This document shows positions 25,038-37,456 of a stretch of 64,000 nt of DNA, one piece after another. The DNA is taken from contig OX597819.1 of the NCBI GenBank assembly GCA_951406725.2, positions 76,508,001-76,572,000 on the forward strand. The letters run 5' to 3'. The notes beneath the pieces were generated by a model. It saw nothing but the letters and a program-made list of their open reading frames with translations. It was not told the DNA's origin and did no database searches. This stretch comes from Octopus vulgaris. Lineage: Eukaryota. Within the stretch, counting starts at the first letter, position 1. Every line of letters begins with the position of its first letter. The position numbers and the translations under genes were made by a program.

Positions 25038-25352
25038 ATATAATTATAATTAAAGGCACTGGAGGGAAAGCGCCAATACGCTAGGAGTAGATCTCAAATG
25101 TCCACAAACCACTCTGAATTTGTTCTCTTTTTGCACTAGGTTGAATATGGACAAGAAGATTATAAAATTTCGGACAACATTATATCTTACGATTTCGCGT
25201 TTTGTGATAAAAATTACTTTGCACTCTTCATTTGCTCCTCACACTCAGCCTTGTGCAAAAAATAGAGAACAAATTTAGAGTGATTTGTAGGCATTTGACA
25301 TCTACTTCTAGCGTATTGGCGTTGTCTCTCCAGCACCTTTAATTATAATTAT
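25038..25352. repeat. Fold-back element with about 110 bp imperfect inverted arms; further partial arm copy at about 25490-25562
   Basis: taattataattaaaggcactggagggaaagcgccaatacgctaggagtagat versus atctacttctagcgtattggcgttgtctctccagcacctttaattataatta. Confidence 0.8.
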
Positions 25353-25574
25353 ATATTTATAATTATATACTTAAATATTAGTTTTACCGATATGGTGTTT
25401 TTATACGCTGGCAATTGGTATAATCACTGTAATGATTAAAAAACACCTACATTGCGGGAAGAAAAAGCTAAAATGCTCTAATGCATTTTACTTCTAGCAT
25501 ATTGGTATCTACTTCTAGTGTATTGGCGTTGTCCCCCTAGCGCCTTTAATTATAATTATATATCTATAATTATA

Positions 25575-25943
25575 CTAGCAGTATCGCCCGGCGTTGCTCG
25601 GGTTTGTAAGGAAAATAACTATAAAGCATTTTTAGAGAGTTATAGCCAAAAAATGGAAAAAAAATGGTAAATTTTTTTTTAGTTAAAAAAGGTCGAGTTG
25701 CGTCCCCTAGACTGTCTGTGGTTTGTGTTTCTGATTCTCGACCCCATGTCGAATTTATCGATTTTTTTCAGAACTGGGGGAACTTTTCAAAATTTTCGCT
25801 GCGTTAGTTTTGAATTATGACATTGGGCTATGTGTGTGTCAAGTTTCATCAGAATCGGTTGAAAGCCGTGGTCAGGGTGAGGGTACAACCTAACAGACAC
25901 ACAGAAACACACACAGACAAACTGCCGTTTATATATAGAGAGA
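25575..25943 (-). mobile_element. Non-autonomous Helitron, copy 2
   Basis: Reverse complement of 12924-13308; hairpin cccggcgttgctcggg, CTAG end, A|TC start. Confidence 0.85.
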
Positions 25944-25976
25944 TAATTAACGCACATGAATGAATACATACGTCAA

Positions 25977-26122
25977 CAGGGACTACAAATGTCCGAAAAA
26001 TACTGACCGAGGAACAGGTCCGGGATAATAGAGAAACAGGCCCAGAAATAGCGGAACACCGAAATTACCGTCAGTCTTAAGAATTCACGGTCGGTATTTA
26101 TCGGATAATTATGGGGTCCCTG
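25977..26122. mobile_element. MITE with about 32 bp imperfect TIRs beginning CAGGG (hAT-like)
   Basis: cagggactacaaatgtccgaaaaatactgaccg / cggtcggtatttatcggataattatggggtccctg; no clear TSD. Confidence 0.55.
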
Positions 26123-26984
26123 TTAGTTTATAAGCGATTGAATCACAGCAGAGAGAGGCCTGAACTGTAGAACCACCTTCCTCATCATCTCATGATTCAA
26201 ACTTAAATGTTTGGAAAAACATCACTAAATATTGTAGGGAATTATTTTCACATTTCTCCTACAAACTACCACCCACTTGATATTCAGCTTTCTTCACTTG
26301 GTTAGCGATTAATGGACCTAACTCTATATAGCTGACAGAAAAGTGACTGATAATGTTTATTGGTTGATAAATTTCTATCCAGGTATAGATATTATTGTTA
26401 TATAGTGTGAATCAGTAGCATAACCTACTGATAGGATAATTTTGTATCACATATACGCGTTTGCATAGCGTTATGTATTGATACATACTCTCACATACAT
26501 AGAAATAAAAGAGATAATGTTTTGTAGCTATTAACTTAAGTACATACATTTATAGATATGTGTGTATGCGTATATGTATGCATATATGTACATATATGCG
26601 TATGTAACACACTCACAGATACATATATTATACAGAACTCTTACAGAGGGATATAGAGGGACCTATATATGTGCAGCAGTATATAAACATGTGTATATGT
26701 ATATATACATATAAATGTATGTATGTATATATATATATATATACATATATATAGGTATAGCCTAAATGTGTTTGTGCACATATATCCATCAAGCACATGC
26801 ATACGTATAGAAATAGTACCGTATCTATATATATGCAAGTATGTGTGGTGTATATACTTATCTCCATACAATATACTGTAATTATAGATGTATATCTATA
26901 AATGCACAGACACAACAAACTCATATGCATTTATATATATGTAGTATATCTACACATTCCCTTTCGACCATATCTCATTGTATA

Positions 26985-27025
<41 letters not shown>

Positions 27026-27687
27026 TATATATTTATATATATATAAACACACTTTATATACATATATATGTATACACACATATATCTATATACATACATA
27101 AATACATATATCATATTATATAATATATATATGTATATATATGTGTATATATATATACTTGTGTGTGTATGTTTGTAAGTGTGTGTGCATATACCAAATA
27201 GACAACGTTATATGCAAATATATATCGTTAAAGTGATTTCTCTCTTCGATTTATTGTCATCATTCTGCCTGATTTGGATGACTAATGGAAGCATGATGAT
27301 AGTAAAAGGCAGATTATGTGTGTTCAATTTTATATGCGAATTCCAGACAATATTTTATTGGATTTCACTAAAACCAAATGTTGTCTGGATATATTCCACT
27401 GAGACTTACCTTCTGCAAGACTATGATTTGGAGACAACTCATTGATTACTCACTGCATTCAGAAATGATTCAACGTTGTTGATTCAATAGGCTGGCCAAT
27501 ATTCTTTTCTTTCCGTCTTGTTTTTGATGAAACTACGAATGTTCCTGTTTTAACCTTTGTATTTGTTCACTGAGAAAATAGCCTTCACAATGTTATCCAC
27601 ACAGACGAAAACAGACAAATATATATATATATATATGGTTTTTATGTATCTATGTATGTATGCAAAAAAATATATATACATAGATAA

Positions 27688-27806
<119 letters not shown>

Positions 27807-28329
27807 GTGAGATAGAGACATAGATGGATAAACAGATTAATGGATAGATAGTTACATACAAAATCCGTACTCTGTGCGACTCTTATGGAGTGCTAATTAG
27901 GGCTACGGCCCAAAACTAAAAGGCAGCTATGTAACCTGACTATAATACATCTATAATGACTATATGCCTCGGTGGTGTTTGATCAGAGTTTAAGTACGAA
28001 AAAGAATTAATTCTGTAATGCAATCATTTTATTGTTCCAGTCCCTAGTTGAATTCCAAATGTTGACCAATTTGTCCCAAAGGCCTTGTCTATGTAAAATT
28101 AACAAAACGAATATCAATTATCTGCCCCTTGATCTCTAGCATCCTTTGACTCACGCCACCAAGATGGCGCGAATTCACCCAACATTACCTACTAGAAATA
28201 GCAACCCAAATTCCTTTAAATAAAATCCCAATACGGGATGTTCAAGACCCAAATGAAGGGCAGGTTTTCAGTCCCGAGATCATCCTGATTCCAAATAAAT
28301 TATAATATGTCTACGTATAGTATAGTATA

Positions 28330-28419
28330 GTATACTACATTTACTATGTGTAGTAAATGTAGGCTGAGATATGGGGGCCCCAGACGGACAGACAGAAATT
28401 CGCTTTTATTATTACAGAT
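28330..28419 (-). mobile_element. Probable Helitron 5' end
   Basis: Minus A|TCTGTAATAATAAAAGCGAATTTCTGTCTGTCCGTCTG, same architecture as the other Helitron starts; 3' end not located. Confidence 0.4.
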
Positions 28420-28970
28420 ATTATACACATTATTATAATAATAAATTTTGTCTCACTTCAAAAATTTGTAGTCGATCCTTCATTCGATATCATCATGTTT
28501 GAAAACAGGCGAACAATTTGCCTGAATTCATGCCCTTAAGACATGGCTTACCAACATTATATTCACTATAATCGTATTATATCAACGTCTTTAAAACGTT
28601 GTTGTATTATTTTTTAATCATTCGTACATTAATTTATAATACTTTATTTCACAATGGAATCTCTAAAACACCTGTTTTCAGCTGAAAGACATTAATGTAC
28701 CACAACAAGAGTTCTAATAGATCTGTTGAAATCACCGCCCACAAATACAGTAAAATAACTTTATTGTAACACTCCAAACATTTCTAATCATTATATACAT
28801 ATATAGATATGTATATAAACAGTTATGTACATATTTATATATACCTTTGCATGCACACACACAAACTCATATATACCTACACACACACAACCCTTCGCAA
28901 ACACAACGCATACATACATGCACATACTTGCATACACACACATACATACACTTTCACACGCATATACACA

Positions 28971-29520
28971 CACAGCTTTTAGTGGGATATTATGGATGTC
29001 CCTTAATCAGAGACGATGTGAGATGGTTAAATGCAGGTAAATATTTGAGTTCGAAATAAAGAATTATTATAGAAAAGGGGGAGATAGAGAATATAGATGA
29101 AAGGATATGCACAATATTCCAGAAACAGCTTTATGACTATATACTTTTGCCATATAAATATACAGAAGACTTTTCACAACCTTGACTATATATATTCGGC
29201 AAAATGAGATGACAAAGTCAAGGCGATGAAAAGTGTTCAGAACATTTATATGGTAAAAGTATATAGTCATAGAGCTGTTTCTGGGATATTGTGCATATCC
29301 TTTCCTCTATATTCCCTATCTCCTCCTTTTCCATAATAACTCCTTATTTCGAACTCAAATATTTACCTGTATTTAACCATCTTACATTGTCACTGATGAA
29401 GGGATATCCACAATATCCCAGAAACAGCTGTAAGACTATATCTATATCTTTTTTCTTATAAATGTCCTGAAAACTCCTTACAGCCTTAGTTTTGTTATCC
29501 CATTTTGCCTAATATATATA
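28971..29520. mobile_element. Palindromic Penelope pLTR-like composite containing four hammerhead-like motifs
   Basis: 28971-29186 is an imperfect inverted copy of 29217-29431; 29421-29520 also matches the reverse complement of 29187-29281. Confidence 0.8.
29388..29436 (+). ncRNA. Type I hammerhead ribozyme motif, best copy in the palindrome
   Basis: GTCA CTGATGA A GGGATAT CCACA ATATCCC A GAAA CAGCTG TA AGAC; 7-bp stem II, palindromic stem III, GUA triplet, stem I GTC/GAC with one mismatch (the sister copy has GTCT). Confidence 0.75.
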
Positions 29521-29674
29521 CGCATGCTAATACAAGACCCACATTAAACTCTTATCACTATCGAACCAAGAGTTTAACTACGGTTTGGCCATAGCACTTG
29601 TCTAGCGTTGCCTGCCACTCTTTGGGTCTTCTAGATACCAATACCTCTTATATATACATACATACATACATACT

Positions 29675-29759
<85 letters not shown>

Positions 29760-29762
<3 letters not shown>

Positions 29763-29982
29763 TGTATTTGTGTGCCTGTGTTTTCCTTTCCACCACCACC
29801 ATCGCTTGACAACCGATTTTGGTGTATTTACGTTCCCATAACTTAGCGGTTCTGTAAAAGAGAACGATAGAATAAGTACTCGGTTTACAACGAATAAGTC
29901 CTGGGGTCGATTTGTTCGAATAAATACGATGCTCCAGCATGGCCTCTGTCAAATGACTGAAACAAGTAAAAGAATAAAAGAG
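29760..29982 (+). mobile_element. SINE family A 3' half
   Basis: catcgcttgacaaccg...gataagtac-like core...gctccagcatggcctctgtcaaatgactgaaacaagtaaaagaataaaagag. Confidence 0.85.
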
Positions 29983-31389
29983 AAAAATGAAACGAAACAG
30001 AATTATGTTATCAAAATATTAAGCATGATACTTGTGGAATTATGATATAGAGCAAAAGATGTCTGGCAAAACAATCATTAATCACATATAAAGAAATAGA
30101 ATACAAATGGCTGAAAGAAAACAATGAAATATAAAAGAAGACCGAAAACAAATTAAATGAGAAATAAACAGAAAGTAAATGTTACAACTTAACAGTACAA
30201 ATGTTGTGTATGATGGATTGTGTTTTCACCTTTATTTTCGGGCTTTCTTTTACGCATTTCTTTCAATATTTTTCTTACCTTCAGCTTTCTTTTTCTTCTC
30301 TTGCTTGCTTTCTGTTCTTCCTTTCTGTTTACATGCGATAATCATTTTTACAGACAATTTAAAAATATATTTCGCTTTTCTGTGTTTCTCATTCGTAAGC
30401 CCTAATTTAATTGTTATTTACTTCACTTTTATTATATATAAACATAGGTTTGGTGGAGCCAGCAACATATGTAAAATTCAATACGTAAGAGTACGTATAT
30501 GGATATTCGGTGTGTTCGGCTGAAAAACACGCAAATCGTTCAAAAGACTAGAGCTACATGCATTCTGGTTTTAGCACATGAATCTCTCGACTCTAGAGTC
30601 ATTTTCTGTTACTTTACAGTCGAATTATATATACATACATACACATGTGTGTTTTGTGCGTGCGTGTATGCGTGTGTGTGTAAAAATGAATAGCAATGGC
30701 TTTTATATTTTTCCATTTTTATAATTAGATGCTTATAAGTTATTAGGTGCGGAAAGAAATAGAGACTAAAACCAAGCGCATGCCTCCCTCCTCAAGCACT
30801 TTGTAGAAATCCTGCCCGGCTAACTAAATTGTTTATCAATCCATATGACAGGCACAATTTGTAAATCCGAGGTCGAACGCTAATTAAATTCTATGTATTA
30901 ATAACAGAGTATATATGGAAAAGCATAAAGAACAAAGAACCGTTATCAACGATTTATTTAGCTTGCACGCGTTTCAAATATACTGGCATAATCCAAGCGC
31001 TGCACTTGGCTACATGCATATTCAACTGATTCTGCATTTGATGGACAAAAGTACCAAAGTACCATAAAAAACCATGCTAAATTTTTTAATAGCCAGAATT
31101 CTGTCATTGAAAAGTTTAACATGCCTCCTAATTCTTCTTTGTCTATTATATTTTAGTCGATGAATTATGCATAAAACAACGTATGGGTTATGTCAGCTTA
31201 AGGTAAAGACGTCATTAATAATGTCGCCTCCTCATTTTCATTCCTTTTTCTATATTAATATATACATATACTCACATAAACACATCTTTTTGATACACAT
31301 ACATATGCATATGCATATCCATATACATATATATGTATGCATGTGTGTGTATATTGATTATATTGTTGTGTTTATGTATATAAATATAC

Positions 31390-31429
<40 letters not shown>

Positions 31430-32409
31430 TACAATACCGCACTGTAAATAACTGCATTTAACTCGAATAGGTTATATCATTTGGTAAAACGGCCAACCCG
31501 TATATTCTAGGTTTTGTCCATAATCACAGCTAAAATTCCTCCGGAATTAATTGTTCACATGGTTACAGCACGAAAAACTTTCTGTACATATTATTCTCCT
31601 TCATCAATAAAAGATGTCCCAAAAATCTTTGTCTCACTGGTAGCTATCAAATCTAAATCTTGTGACCTGTGCTAGTTAAGTAAGTACTATTTCCAAGGCG
31701 ATTCTAGACTGCGCACATGCTCGCATCCAGTTTGCAGTGCTCATATATTGGCGGCACAAAGAAGGAAACATTGTAGTTACTCAACATTTGAGTCAATCGT
31801 ACAGTTTGTGTTTTTATGCTTTCTAAACAGTTCTCTGCAGTATTGTATAAACAATTTTCCCTTTAAAGCTATCCGCGTCATGTGGGAATTTCTCACTAGA
31901 AACCAGTCGATTACCGCCTCCGAGAAATGTTGGTCTCTGTTCTCTCAACTGATTTGTATTCCTCTGTCACTTGAGGATAAAGTCCTCAATCTCAATGTCC
32001 ACATTTTGGTGAAAAATGAAGCGAAGGAATGTCTAAGCGTGTTGTTGCAACTGATGTTGTTCAGGTTGTTGTAGGTGCACATATACCTGATTTTGTGAAC
32101 TATTCTTTTGTTTGTGTTTTTGCTGTTTTGCTGAGGATTTTGTGTTTTTGCTTTTAACATTGCTGATGTTGTGGTGCCACTAGTGGAAACCTGTGGTTGT
32201 TTTGCGCGCTCTTTAGAGGACCGCCGACTTTTCTCCTTCTAATACAGAAGAACCACACTCTTTAATCGTTTCCCTTCTCTTTTCTCCGAAGAGTACGGTT
32301 GACTATTTTCTAATCTTTAACTCCGCTTCATTATTTGATAAGAATTTGTAGTAATATGTGCTTTAGTTAGATGAGGAGCGAAGGTGTCAGTACATACATG
32401 CTTGTTTTT

Positions 32410-32520
32410 GTTATTCTAGGAAGAAAGCTTCCAGGTAGTTATTACGACCACATGTGAAGCAACTGAGTTTTCTGCCTTGTACTACTATTCTCTGCAATGT
32501 AATATAACTACGTAATACTG
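32410..32520 (-). mobile_element. Possible decayed retrotransposon ORF1 zinc-knuckle fragment
   Basis: Minus RIVVQGRKLSCFTCGRNNYL resembles the V.VEGR...CF.CG...H....CP gag-like knuckle, with the His and last Cys lost. Confidence 0.35.
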
Positions 32521-34069
32521 TTGCCTTTCGAAGATCTCCAAAACATGGAGAACCATTAAGACCACATCCAAACACATGTCTTTATATCATTTCCATTGTC
32601 ACCATCTCTCCGCACAGTATCTCAAAAGTAATGACATGCAATGTATTTGTTCATGACTTTTTTTATTCCCCTTTTACTTTACTGCAGAGCCAGTCTTTTA
32701 GGCAGCCGTGTGGAGAACCAGTTGTACCTGTCTTCTCGTCTCATCCTCAATCTTAAAGAATAGATAAGTGCTTCCACATAATCCTAAATCATTTTAAGAA
32801 ACACACCACCGACAAAATCGACACTCAGATCTCTCTCCAGCTCCACCTTCGCGTATATGGAAACTCTTGTTATGCAGGAGAGAAAATTTCATAGGGGAGA
32901 AGAAGATCTCTATTCCCCAAATTTTCATTTTGCTATGGTCGCCTCTTATCGAGGACATCCTGTAAAATAACTATCGCAAAAGTTAAAGTTTTGTTGGTAT
33001 TGTTTTTTTTTGGTGCTGATATCGTTACTGTTTATATTGCCTTGTTTTTATTTATACCGAACATTTTCATATCTTGTTTCTCATTTAAATTAATACTTTT
33101 CATTGACAATCTATTTTCCTGTTTTCCATTATCCACCTGTTTGTGTTTGAATATCGGTCTGCTTGTTTTTTTTACTTTCTCACCTTTTTTCTTTTTGTAA
33201 ATGTTTTCGTGTTTGAAAGTATTTCCGAATGCATTTGTTTACGTTACTGAGGCCTATGGCTTCAACGACCACTATGACGAGCACATCTTCCTGTCATCTC
33301 TGAGATGACAATCATGCAACGCGAATATATATTTCTAATGGCTGATGATAGAAATATATTGAGTTTGAGCAAAAAATGTCAAAGGAAAATTTTTTTATCG
33401 CTTTGAGGAAATGAGGGCGGATTCAATAATCTAAAAGCCTTTCTTTTATATTCCGGAATGGAAAACGGGAAACAAAAATGCCTTTTTCTTTAAATAATAG
33501 ATGATACTGGAATAATTCATTTTATCCCGAACTTGGTGAACACAACAATTCTTGGTAAACAACAATATAAATTATCATACGAGAGGTGCTGATGATGTTG
33601 GGTAATTCTCTCGATATAGACATTTACATAGTGTTTATTGTTGTTATTGTTGTCCCTGCTATTGTTGCTAACTGCTACTATTGTCGTGATGGTGCTGCTG
33701 GTTAACTGGTTGTTCTTTTTGTTTGGTATGCTTTTTTATTATTGTTGTTGTAGCTATCACTGTTGCGGTTGTTCCTACTCGTATAGTCTCTTTAAGACTT
33801 TGTATTTTGAGGAGAGGAAGTATTGGTCTATTGAGTGAACTGTTACACTTTCCTTCGAAAATTACTTTCTGCCATCATTTGAACATTTTGTTTCCCGAAA
33901 ACAAATATTCCTGAATATTGCTAAAAAACATTGTGCCCCTGTGAGGTTACAAACAAAAGAACTAATCAGGCCACTGGAGGTAAAAACAGTATTAGTATTA
34001 AATTTGTGTGGATATACGAATAGACACAAAAAAACTCGAGAGCATTCGAGAACGTATTGTTAGTTGACT

Positions 34070-34127
34070 AATAAAAATAATAATAAAAATGATAATAATG
34101 ATGATGATAATAATAATGATGATGATG

Positions 34128-34192
<65 letters not shown>

Positions 34193-34245
34193 TAATAATA
34201 ATAATAATAATAATAAAAATGATGATGATAATGATGATGATGATG

Positions 34246-34279
<34 letters not shown>

Positions 34280-34284
34280 TTAAT

Positions 34285-34343
<59 letters not shown>

Positions 34344-34345
34344 GA
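34070..34345. repeat. Compound (TAA)n/(TGA)n microsatellite
   Basis: Visible. Confidence 0.95.
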
Positions 34346-34885
34346 TGAAAAAGAAGAAGAAGAAGATCAACAACAGCAGCAATAATATAGAAACGATAAC
34401 AATAATATCAATAATAACTGCAACAAATAAATTTATAGCTAAATATTAAGTCAATACACCAATACTGATGAAGAGAGGAACATAAAAGACGATACCTTTG
34501 AAAATTCGAATAACGAAAAATACCTGAATGTATATTTCTAAACAAACATAAAGGAAGAGGAACACAAAATGGAAAAGAAAATAACATCTCAAAAGAAAGA
34601 TTTGTTACATTGACAGCGTCCTGTCAAAAGGTAAAATAATCACGGTTTTAGAAAATGGTTTCGTATGATTATTTTCATGTCATTAAATGAAGCTGAGTTA
34701 GATGTAGAAGTGAAGATGTATTAACTATGGCTGATAACTAATAATAGGAATGTGGCAAACGTCTGTCTGAGATATAAAAGTCTCCCTAGGATTTGCTTTA
34801 TATGTTTAAATGACAAGCGAAGTTCTCAGAGGAGTTTACTAAACTATGCTTGTTGTTATTGGTTGTAATTGTGGTTGTTTTTTTA

Positions 34886-34953
34886 TCTTCTTCTTCTTCT
34901 TCTTCTTCTTCTTCTTCTTCTTCTTCTTCTTCTTCTTCTTCTTCTTCTTCATC

Positions 34954-34985
<32 letters not shown>

Positions 34986-35033
34986 CTTCTTCATTGTTAT
35001 TAGTTAATTGCTGAATATTACTCTGTAGTTATA

Positions 35034-35096
<63 letters not shown>

Positions 35097-35175
35097 ATAT
35101 AATATAATATAATATATATATATATAATATAATATAATATATATAATATAATATAATATAATATAATATAATATA

Positions 35176-35225
<50 letters not shown>

Positions 35226-35232
35226 ATATATA
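34886..35232. repeat. (CTT)n followed by (TA)n/(TATAA)n arrays
   Basis: Visible. Confidence 0.9.
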
Positions 35233-35240
35233 GAGTATGT

Positions 35241-35425
35241 GTGAAGGCGCATGGCTTACGATCGCGAGGTTATGAGTTCGAATCCCAGACCGGGCTGCGT
35301 GCTGTGTTCTTGAGCAAGACACTTTATTCCACGTTGCTCCAGTTCACTCGGCTGTAGAAATGAGTTGCGACGTCACAGGTGCCAAGAGGAGCCTTTGCCT
35401 TTCCCTAGGATAAGATTGTTGGTGT
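35241..35425 (+). mobile_element. tRNA-derived SINE (group C), internally deleted head
   Basis: gagttcgaatcccagaccgggctgcgtgctgtgttcttgagcaagacactt...gtcacaggtgccaag; homologous to 45562-45780. Confidence 0.8.
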
Positions 35426-35429
35426 AGTG

Positions 35430-37085
35430 CCTTCAGCAAGCACACAAAGAAAGTATCGTACACTGCATACAACATGGACTACTGCATACGCAAATTCAAT
35501 AATAAAATATATACATGCAAACAACGACAACCGACAAGGAACAAAGAGCCCAAAACAACAGAAGATATAGGAGCAATAACAAAAATAAACACAATAGGGT
35601 GACAAAAGCACGGGTAGTTACAATAGTATTGAAATAAAAACTCAAAAGAGAATCAATAAAACGGATTATAACAAAAGGACATTTCAGACACTTCTGATCA
35701 ACAGGATCATCTCAAAAAGAAAAGCAAAACGTTACCAAATAACTACAAAAATAATAATAGTACAAATAATTGCAGCTGCCGTAAGAAATCTGCATCTCCG
35801 CTCAGGAACCAATGCATGCAAAAAATCACATATACAAATACACAGTCACAACACCACAACGAAAATGCGCATACATGGGAGCGTCCGAAAATCAATTGGA
35901 GATCCCTTATCGCAACCATATCTCCTCATTCTGAAGGATAAACCGGTGACACACAGCATCACTAGCGGACCTAATATGGAGATTAAAAAAAGGAAAAAAC
36001 AATATATGAAATGGAATGGTGAATAATAAAAAATGCACACCCATATAATACACTATCCGGTGTATGTGACCTGTGCCTTGAGGAAGCCTTATGCATCCTG
36101 TTAAATTACAGAAACTTGGTAAACAAGCATGCTAAGAAAATACCAAGATGCTGCCACCGCGTCAAGTATGCTTTTACAAGATTCAACACAGTGAAATAGT
36201 AATAACAATTCAATGAACTCTCACCCTCTCCCCTTCCATGTGTGTGTGTCGGCTTGTGTGCATGAATGCATGTATTTACATATGTATGTATGTATGTAAA
36301 TATATATGTGTGTGTGTGTGCGCGTGTGTGTGTATACACAGACGAGCATCTGTGTATGTATATGCGTGCGTATGTATGTATGTACATATATTTCTATATG
36401 TATATGTGTGTATGCATGTGCGCGCGTGTGTGTATATGTGCGAGCGTCGGTAGGCATATGGATGTACAGGTGAACCAGCATGTATGTGTACATATAAGCC
36501 GAATCTTAAAGGTCAACTAAAGACAATCGCATATTTAACCAGCCATGAAGAACAAATCAACAGTACAAAGAAATCAAATGTCAAAACCTTTAAAACGGCA
36601 ACTATTTTAATAGTAGCATAATCACCATCTCAATACATCGACGCATGCAAATCAGTTTGCGGACGATCCTTCATAAAAAAAAAACCCTGATAAGCCCAGT
36701 GCCAACTACTAAATACAGGCTACGACAGACAGAGGGGATGTTCTTCAAGCCGAGAATTTGAACTTACGGAAATAATATTAACGTATCGCCTGAGGAAACA
36801 CAACTAGATCTCATAATGCAGGGAAGCAGTTGCATAGTCAATTAACTGCACACCTGGAGAACTGCATTGCGTAGAAACAATTATAGTGATTATAAAATAC
36901 ATGTCCAACCGCACTCCTTGTTGACACCAATTTTTTAAATTGTGTGTTCACACACGACAGATGTAAAAACGCAAACGTGGAAGTACGTATAATACTACTA
37001 TTGGATAGCACCGGGTGAAATCTGAAGGTGGACGAGCTTTATACTGTACTCTACTACGTTCTTAACAAGATATGGCATAACTATA
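35430..37085 (+). mobile_element. Decayed Penelope-like element (GIY-YIG region plus 3' pLTR with hammerhead)
   Basis: Frameshifted NCSCRKK..PL..QC, AYMGASENQ, SLADLIWRLKK and IIKNAHPYNTLSGVCDLCLEEALCILLNYRNLVNK...RCCH at about 35768-36175; hammerhead at 36785-36890; ends at a TA run. Outer boundaries approximate. Confidence 0.75.
36785..36890 (+). ncRNA. Type I hammerhead ribozyme motif with long stem II
   Basis: ATCGC CTGAGGA [AACACAA..TAGATCTC..CAGG..GCAGTT / AACTGC..CCTG.GAGAACTG..TTGCGTA] GAAA CAATTA TA GTGAT; 5-bp stem I, stem III one change from palindromic CAATTG. Confidence 0.65.
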
Positions 37086-37096
37086 TATATATGTTG

Positions 37097-37407
37097 TCTT
37101 TTATTTTTTACCGCCTTGAATATTTTAGTCGAATGAATCAACTCCTGTACTTATTTTTAAAATCTGGTACTTATTCAATCGGGCTCTTTTGCTGAACTGC
37201 TACGTTATGGGGACGTATACACATCAACACCGGTTGTCAAGTGGTGATGCTGGGGGGAAACAAAGACACACAGATATGTACATATGTAAATATACGACGA
37301 GCATCTTTCAGTTTCCGTCTACAAACTCTACTCACAAGGTACCACGCAGTGGGACTGAACCCGGGACCATGTAATTAGAAACCAAGCTACTAACCACACA
37401 GCCACTC

Positions 37408-37408
<1 letters not shown>
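37097..37408 (-). mobile_element. SINE family A (internally deleted)
   Basis: gtaccacgcagtgggactgaacccgggaccatgt...accacacagccactc. Confidence 0.8.

Positions 37409-37456
<48 letters not shown>

Noticed and set aside
30448-30540. Possible very degenerate hammerhead
   Set aside because: Core has too many mismatches and no palindromic stem III.
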